This document shows, in pieces, positions 57,990 to 64,000 of a DNA stretch of 64,000 nucleotides; position 1 is the stretch's first letter, and every line of letters starts with the position of its first letter. Source of the DNA: an uncultured virus (IMG/VR IMGVR_UViG_3300038828_000071) (taxonomy: Duplodnaviria; Heunggongvirae; Uroviricota; Caudoviricetes); IMG/VR virus record IMGVR_UViG_3300038828_000071, positions 1 to 64,000 of that record; one strand, given 5' to 3'. The notes under the pieces were generated by a model. That model made no database searches. It was given only the letters and a program-made list of their open reading frames with translations, and was not told the DNA's origin. Made by a program: the position numbers and the translations under genes.

Positions 57990-58229
57990 TTAAAAATTTT
58001 CAAGAGTTTCTTTTAAATATTTAAGTCTTGTTTCGATATCTGTAATTTCAGCATTTCTACGTTGTAAAATATTTTGACGAATGATATGTACCATTTCATT
58101 TTGTTCATGTGGTTCATATCCTAAAATATGTTTCACCATAGAATAAGCATCATTTTTATATGGTGATATTTTAGGATCAATAACATCAACTTGTCCTTTT
58201 TTTAAATCTTGATTTAAATTTGGTTCCAT
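57990..58229 (-). CDS. hypothetical protein
   Basis: ORF track; structured leader. Confidence 0.55.
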   Translation of the reverse strand: MEPNLNQDLKKGQVDVIDPKISPYKNDAYSMVKHILGYEPHEQNEMVHIIRQNILQRRNAEITDIETRLKYLKETLENF

Positions 58230-58338
58230 AATATTAAATTGTGGATTTTACAAAGCCCATCCAAGGCTGATTTATTTATATAATTGCGGTTATTTGAAAT
58301 TATGTTCTATAAACGAAGTTGACTTCGTTTATAGAGAT

Positions 58339-58631
58339 GTTATGTGCAAGGCTCAAAGAACTCGCACTTCAATACTGGTTTAGTCGGTGATAATTTACAC
58401 CGTTTATCCATCCAAAATTTTTTCATACATATTCCCGTCTTTTTAAATGTGTGGTCGCTTTTATAAGATTGGTGTTTACAATTCAAACAAAGCCCTGCAC
58501 ATAACAAGCGGTTAGCGTCATTGCCGAGTTTTTCGGGTATTAAAGATTCGTATTTCATATTAAAATTATTTTTAAGTTAAAGTCTCGTGTTTCAAAGTCG
58601 GCAACGAACGCCAACCGCCAAACCGTTAACA
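58339..58631 (+). mobile_element. integron-type gene cassette with attC site (58497-58631)
   Basis: GTTATGTGCAAGGCT ... AGCCCTGCACATAAC complementary ends; imperfect arms 58508-58527/58598-58618; terminal GTT at 58625. Confidence 0.65.
58340..58558 (-). CDS. small Cys-rich protein carried in cassette
   Basis: CLNCKH...C...C..F; start lies inside attC loop, stop in GTTA core. Confidence 0.55.
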   Translation of the reverse strand: MKYESLIPEKLGNDANRLLCAGLCLNCKHQSYKSDHTFKKTGICMKKFWMDKRCKLSPTKPVLKCEFFEPCT

Positions 58632-58671
58632 GATATGGTATGAAGTAGATACAGCATACCATATCATAACT

Positions 58672-59043
58672 TTAATTATTAAAAAGCCAATTTGATTTTT
58701 CTGTGCTTTTAAATTCTGCTAAATATTTTTCAAATTGCTCTCTCTCACAATCTAATATTTCTTTAGCATCAATTGAATGCGAATAATCAATATTATCTAA
58801 AGATTTTAAAGTAAATAACATATTATCCTCCCATTTTACACCTTCAATAGATAATAAAATTTCGGCTCTAATTTGTCTTTGATAAACAATTTGATACATA
58901 CTCCACCATTTCTTAAATCTATTTTCTAATTCTTCTTGTTGTGAACATTCTAAATTAGAAGCATCACTTTGAGAGTCAAAAAATAATTCTAAAGGATTTA
59001 ATTTAGCTTGAACTTCATTTGCATTAATTACTGATTTATTCAT
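58672..59043 (-). CDS. hypothetical protein
   Basis: ORF track. Confidence 0.55.
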   Translation of the reverse strand: MNKSVINANEVQAKLNPLELFFDSQSDASNLECSQQEELENRFKKWWSMYQIVYQRQIRAEILLSIEGVKWEDNMLFTLKSLDNIDYSHSIDAKEILDCEREQFEKYLAEFKSTEKSNWLFNN

Positions 59044-59153
59044 AATATTTTTAGCAATTATCCTTGCAATCGGGTTTAATTTATAATTTGTATTTTATGT
59101 TGCTAAATTGTCAAGTAAATTGATCATTAAACTTGACTTTTAATTTTTAGAAT

Positions 59154-59357
59154 TTAACCAAACCACTTATCATAAAGTGGATTAAATATATCATATAATT
59201 CGTTTAATTTAGAACGTATTTTTCTAATTTTTTCAAAATCATAATTTTTTTTGTCATTAATATCTGAATGATGTAATGACATTTCTTCATATTTTGAAAT
59301 TTCTGCTTGTAATTTTAACATTCTAAGAAAATCTGTTTTTAAAGAATTTAAACTCAT
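59154..59357 (-). CDS. hypothetical protein
   Basis: ORF track. Confidence 0.5.
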   Translation of the reverse strand: MSLNSLKTDFLRMLKLQAEISKYEEMSLHHSDINDKKNYDFEKIRKIRSKLNELYDIFNPLYDKWFG

Positions 59358-59369
59358 ATAATTGTGTTT

Positions 59370-59828
59370 TTATAATACCATTTTAAATTGTCCTTTTTTA
59401 TCTTTTAAAATAACTTCCGGGCATGGATATTGTTTTTGCATTAAAGGAATTAAAAATTGTTTATCAAAACCGGATACAATATCACTAAGCTCTTCCCAAT
59501 TTTGCATTTTCCAATATTTAACTCTATTTGATTGTTCAATTATTGGTAACATCCATGTTGGTACATCAAATATTTGTGTAACAATCGGCCAACCATGATG
59601 TTTAAATGTCCTTATAAATCCGCCATAATCTCCTAAACTTTTAATTGGAGCTACTATAAGATAATTGCTATTTCTTGCCGATACTTTTTTACGCCATAAT
59701 ACTACCATCATTGGAAATTTCAATTTATCATATTCAGTTCTCCAAACAGGAATAGGTTCTCTATTTATAAAATCTTCGAGTTCTTTATCCCATCGTTCAT
59801 TTAATTCTTTTTGAAATTGAGATTCCAT
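59370..59828 (-). CDS. hypothetical protein
   Basis: 152-aa ORF. Confidence 0.55.
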   Translation of the reverse strand: MESQFQKELNERWDKELEDFINREPIPVWRTEYDKLKFPMMVVLWRKKVSARNSNYLIVAPIKSLGDYGGFIRTFKHHGWPIVTQIFDVPTWMLPIIEQSNRVKYWKMQNWEELSDIVSGFDKQFLIPLMQKQYPCPEVILKDKKGQFKMVL

Positions 59829-59840
59829 TGTTATTTTATT

Positions 59841-61544
59841 TTATATTGCTATTGATATTTTAATTAAACTTTCAGCATTAGCTTCTACTAACTTTTTTGC
59901 TACTAATGGAACAACTGAATTTCCTATTTGTTTTTTTTGTTCTGTTTGATTTCCTTTAAGTATATAATCTTTTGAAAAGCCTTGAATTTCTTTCAGTTCT
60001 TTTATTAATAACATTCTCATTTTGATATCAATAATACCATAAATAGCCATAAACTCCTTAATCTTTATGGTCATTTCAGAATCATCCTCAAACACTGCAA
60101 TTGCAATTCTTCCTTGTTCTGCTTCAACAAGATATGGAGGTCTTTTATCCATTCTTGCAATCAAAGTGAATGCAGGACGTTCTATGCTTCCACCAGCAGA
60201 CTTATATTGCGGATTAAGAAGATAGTGCTGTTTTCTTGATGCTAAAATAGTGCCGTGTGGTTCATCTATCGATTTACCAACGTTACTAAATTGCGTGTCC
60301 ATTACCCAATGCTCAGCCGTTACAAAATTATGTTTTGGCGTTGTTGTAACTGTCCCTGCTGGATAATCTATTGAAGTACTGTCAGAATTAGAATAACTCA
60401 TCATTAAATAAGAGATTTTTGATATTCGATCCTTTGTTGTTAATGTTTGAGCAGGTAATTCAACTTCTCTATTTGTGCCATTTCCGTAATAAGACGACAG
60501 AAAATGTGACTGAACGAATGCATGATGATCTGATGTGGTTATAGTTCCAGCGGGAAGTTCTATATCTGAAACCTTTCCTTCAGGTCTGCCGGAATAGTAT
60601 TTTTTTATAAATGCAGCTTTCACAATTCCAATACGTCCTTGTGTGCTAATAGTTGGGCATGGTTCATCAACTCCTGGTGGATTATGATGTCCTGATTGAT
60701 TTATTGAATTGTACTTTAAAATCCATTTGTCCTTTCCACCTGCAACAAACTTTACTAATCCGGCATGTATTCTCTTTAATGTCGCATCTGAAAGTGGAAT
60801 TTTTCTATCAAATATANNNNNNNNNNTGCCTTCTATGTCAAAGTCTAAAACTTCTTTTACTGCTTTCCATGGTTTTTTATTATATTCAAAAAGATTTCCC
60901 ATTTCTTTTTGTTTTTTTCTCGGATCATAGTGAGTTGTTTCTGGAAATGCTATTGGAAGACCGTGTTTTGCAAATATTCCGAAGTATCTATCTCTGGATG
61001 TGTATGCGCCAAAGTCGGCTGCATTTAGCATTTTCCAATTGTAATTATATCCCATGTGCTGCACAGTACGCACCCAATACATATAGTCGCATCCTTTATG
61101 CATATCTACTGGACGTCCGTTATTATCTAATTTTCCCCAAGACATAAACTCTCTGACATTTTCAATATATAAGTAGTCCGGGTTCAAATGCTCCAGGTAC
61201 ATCATTAAATCCCAAGCCAATGTGCGACTATCTCCGTCACGTGGTAAGCCGCCTTTTGCTTTACTGTAATTTGTACATTCAAGAGAAGCCCAAATATTGA
61301 TGTAGCAATCCGGTTCTGCGAGTTTTAATTTATCAACCAAAACCTTTAAATGTTCAACTACTTTAAAATCACGAATATCTTCCGTAAAATGTAAAGTTTT
61401 TGGATGATTTGCTTTGTGTGATGCTATTGCTTTTGCATCGTGATTAACACAAGCTACAACATCTAATCCTGCCAAATGGATTCCGGTAGAAGTTCCACCA
61501 GCTCCGGCAAACAAATCTATCCAGTAAATTTTTGGAGTTTCCAT
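59841..61544 (-). CDS. DNA (cytosine-5) methyltransferase
   Basis: DLFAGAGG (I), ASLECTNYS (IV variant), IENVREF (VI), SRDRYF (VIII), R.L...EL..IQGF, KQIGNSV (X); N gap 60817-60826. Confidence 0.93.
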   Translation of the reverse strand: METPKIYWIDLFAGAGGTSTGIHLAGLDVVACVNHDAKAIASHKANHPKTLHFTEDIRDFKVVEHLKVLVDKLKLAEPDCYINIWASLECTNYSKAKGGLPRDGDSRTLAWDLMMYLEHLNPDYLYIENVREFMSWGKLDNNGRPVDMHKGCDYMYWVRTVQHMGYNYNWKMLNAADFGAYTSRDRYFGIFAKHGLPIAFPETTHYDPRKKQKEMGNLFEYNKKPWKAVKEVLDFDIEGXXXXIFDRKIPLSDATLKRIHAGLVKFVAGGKDKWILKYNSINQSGHHNPPGVDEPCPTISTQGRIGIVKAAFIKKYYSGRPEGKVSDIELPAGTITTSDHHAFVQSHFLSSYYGNGTNREVELPAQTLTTKDRISKISYLMMSYSNSDSTSIDYPAGTVTTTPKHNFVTAEHWVMDTQFSNVGKSIDEPHGTILASRKQHYLLNPQYKSAGGSIERPAFTLIARMDKRPPYLVEAEQGRIAIAVFEDDSEMTIKIKEFMAIYGIIDIKMRMLLIKELKEIQGFSKDYILKGNQTEQKKQIGNSVVPLVAKKLVEANAESLIKISIAI

Positions 61545-61556
61545 TTTATAAATTAT

Positions 61557-62021
61557 TTATATTAATTTGCTTTGCATTTCAGTCAATTCGACTTTTAACC
61601 TTTCAACTTTTAGTTCTGCATTCTTTAAACTCAATAAACCATTTTTATATGCTTCATCGTGTTCAATAGGAAATATTTCATTATAATCTTTCTTATAATC
61701 TTCAAGCCTAATTATGAATGCAGCAATCTTATTTGTGTATTCAGTTATTTTGGCTTTTTTTGCTTTGATTTTATTTTTTAATGATTTTAAAATATCATCT
61801 GGAGTTTCAGGAGTATATGTACCCCAAAATATTTCAACAAAACCTTTTGGATGATTAACTTTTTCGAGTGCTGCTCTATACTCAAAATACCATCTGTATT
61901 TGCTAAATAAATTAACATTTAAGCCATTCCAAAATAATGTTTTATCTAAAATAGAGCGTTGTTTATAATATACTTCTATTTTAAAATAATACAAATCATC
62001 AAAAGCTGTAATTGTTTCCAT
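61557..62021 (-). CDS. hypothetical coiled-coil phage protein
   Basis: WYFEYRAAL.KV..PK motif. Confidence 0.6.
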   Translation of the reverse strand: METITAFDDLYYFKIEVYYKQRSILDKTLFWNGLNVNLFSKYRWYFEYRAALEKVNHPKGFVEIFWGTYTPETPDDILKSLKNKIKAKKAKITEYTNKIAAFIIRLEDYKKDYNEIFPIEHDEAYKNGLLSLKNAELKVERLKVELTEMQSKLI

Positions 62022-62024
62022 AAT

Positions 62025-62492
62025 CTATTTAAAATTAGCTTTGATTAAATTGTTTTGATACCATCCGTATAACTTTGAAAGTCCTTCCAGAAGCTTATTC
62101 AGTAATAATACAAAAAACTCGCTTTTAAGCGATCCTTTATAAATTTGGATATATTCTATCAAGTCTTCTATTTTTTTTAAGATAGCCTTGATTATATCGT
62201 TTTCTGACATATCTTTTACATCATCCGAACTATTAAGTTTGTTATCAGATAAAAACTTAATGCGTTCATCTAAAAGTGCTAATATTTTATTATTGGATTC
62301 TAAAAATAATTCCTTTAATTCCATTCTTTCTGTTTCTTCTAAATCGTTAAATTCATCAAATGTACTTATGTTGTATAACAATAAGTATTTTTTTTGCATG
62401 AGATCATCAAGTTTAGCTATTCTAAGAAACTCAACTATCTCACCAAATTTTTGACGATTATAACTTTTTAATATGTTAAATGAATTTGTCAT
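62025..62492 (-). CDS. hypothetical protein
   Basis: ORF track. Confidence 0.5.
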   Translation of the reverse strand: MTNSFNILKSYNRQKFGEIVEFLRIAKLDDLMQKKYLLLYNISTFDEFNDLEETERMELKELFLESNNKILALLDERIKFLSDNKLNSSDDVKDMSENDIIKAILKKIEDLIEYIQIYKGSLKSEFFVLLLNKLLEGLSKLYGWYQNNLIKANFK

Positions 62493-62495
62493 ACA

Positions 62496-62915
62496 TTATA
62501 ATCCAGTACTTCCATATCCACCGGTTCCTCTTTCTGTTTCAGATAATTCTAATACAGGTATAAAGTTTATTTGTGGATATGGCATAATTATTAATTGCGC
62601 TGCTCTATCTCCAATTCTATAAATAGAATTTTCTTTGGTACCCAACATTACTGCTGTTATTTCTCCACGATAGCCACTATCGATTACTCCAACAGAATTA
62701 CTTAATATCTGTCTTTGTTTATAAATGCTACTTCGAGGAAAAACTAATCCAACATATCCTTTTGGTATTTCAATAGCAATACCAAATTTATATTGAATAT
62801 GTTCATTGTCAATTTGATTCATTTCTACTACGGTTAAATCCATTCCGGCATCACCATTTTTAGAATAAGCTGGAATTACGCTATCTTTAGATAACTTTTT
62901 TATTTTTACGTCCAT
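62496..62915 (-). CDS. dut: dUTPase
   Basis: AGMDL, PRSS, GVIDSGYRGE, AQL, RGTGGYGSTG. Confidence 0.97.
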   Translation of the reverse strand: MDVKIKKLSKDSVIPAYSKNGDAGMDLTVVEMNQIDNEHIQYKFGIAIEIPKGYVGLVFPRSSIYKQRQILSNSVGVIDSGYRGEITAVMLGTKENSIYRIGDRAAQLIIMPYPQINFIPVLELSETERGTGGYGSTGL

Positions 62916-62916
62916 T

Positions 62917-63249
62917 TTAAAAAAAGTTTTTTTTTGTTTTTAATTTATTATTATATGCTCTATTGTGTTTTTCATCTGCCAATTCTTTATGGTTTTCTGG
63001 ATATTCTAATATTTCACATTTAGGATATACATTTCTTCCTTTTCTTCTTATTTTAGAACCAATTAAAATATCACTATCATCAGATTCTTCAACTAATATT
63101 GTAAATGTATGCTGACCTTTTAAAGAACCATAACTATCTTTAATTATTGTTCCAATTATAGTTCTATCGTGAGAATATGAAGCATTTGGATAATTACCAA
63201 TAAATACAGCTTCTTTGAATTTTATTTTACAATTAACTGTTAAATCCAT
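62917..63249 (-). CDS. hypothetical phage protein
   Basis: Start at MDLTVN preferred; KDSYG...QHTFT...KGRN motif. Confidence 0.55.
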   Translation of the reverse strand: MDLTVNCKIKFKEAVFIGNYPNASYSHDRTIIGTIIKDSYGSLKGQHTFTILVEESDDSDILIGSKIRRKGRNVYPKCEILEYPENHKELADEKHNRAYNNKLKTKKNFF

Positions 63250-63250
63250 T

Positions 63251-64000
63251 TTAATTATTATTTGTAATTTGATTAATGTACATAAACATATCAGAATACT
63301 TTGTTTTAAGATATTCTTCATTACCTGTTCTTGTCTTTAATAACATCCAGTTCTCGCAAAATTTATCAATGCCTTCTATTTGTCCATGTTTTTTGATATA
63401 CTCATACATTGCTAAATTTATATAATCATCTTCATTTACTGCAGCATCTAATATTTTGGTAGCCATTACATGACCAATTCCTTGTATTCCGGTTATGTTA
63501 TCAGTAACATCACCAACAAGTAATTGATATGCCAAATTACGCTTTGCTTTATTTTGATCTACTAAATGATAATCTCCATTTTTAAAATTATAATGAAGCC
63601 CGGGAATTTGTTGCAAATCTTTATCATCAGAAATAATAAAAGTATTTTTATTGCAAACCATGGATATCAAATCATCGGCTTCAATATCATCATATTTGAA
63701 AACAATTCCATATTTTCTGAATGCGTTAGGTATAGCTGCTAAATCTTGCATCTTACCATCATACATATAAGGATCAACTTTATCAGTTCTATTGCCTTTA
63801 TATTTTTTAGTAAATCCAATTTTATCTCTGAAAGTATTTTCAGATTTACCGGAAAAGAAAAATACTAAATATTTAAATTTAATAGAATTATTTATTTCGT
63901 TTATGATGCTATCAAGAGCTTCATCTACGGTTAATTGTTCACCAGTATCTTGTATGTTCTTATAGATACGATAAGTAATTATGTATTTATACTTATCGGC
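63251..64000 (-). CDS. 5'-3' exonuclease / flap endonuclease (T4 RNase H / PolA-like), 5' end off window
   Basis: Frame open to 64000: FR...YKGNR, EADD, SDDKDLQQIPG, GD.TDNI.G..GIG...A. Confidence 0.88.
   Translation of the reverse strand, partial: ADKYKYIITYRIYKNIQDTGEQLTVDEALDSIINEINNSIKFKYLVFFFSGKSENTFRDKIGFTKKYKGNRTDKVDPYMYDGKMQDLAAIPNAFRKYGIVFKYDDIEADDLISMVCNKNTFIISDDKDLQQIPGLHYNFKNGDYHLVDQNKAKRNLAYQLLVGDVTDNITGIQGIGHVMATKILDAAVNEDDYINLAMYEYIKKHGQIEGIDKFCENWMLLKTRTGNEEYLKTKYSDMFMYINQITNNN

Overview
This AT-rich 64-kb window is most likely part of a crAss-like (Crassvirales-type) phage genome infecting Bacteroidota. A nearly host-like dnaG points to a Flavobacteriaceae host. It has three blocks. 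(i) 1-12.1 kb, minus strand: small early/accessory genes (DUF932, pentapeptide-repeat protein, host-type DnaG, RadC/JAB), a structured non-coding island at 8.0-8.6 kb, and an RNA-rich leader zone at 10-12.3 kb. That zone holds a type III hammerhead ribozyme, mini-pseudoknots/hairpins before start codons and a repeated ATGCCAC-nn-AAAAGAG motif. (ii) 12.5-56.1 kb, plus strand: GroEL, terminase, portal, scaffold, capsid, tail genes, holin/M15 endolysin/spanin-like pair, muzzle, cargo proteins and a ~3,840-aa virion RNA polymerase polyprotein (DYDGD). (iii) 56.2-64 kb, minus strand: PD-(D/E)XK nuclease, DUF2829/Tad2-like protein, an integron-type attC cassette, C5 DNA methyltransferase, dUTPase and a 5'-3' exonuclease. 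The genetic code is standard, there are four 10-N scaffold gaps, and no tRNA or CRISPR array was seen. All calls are by motif recognition and gene order; no searches were run.
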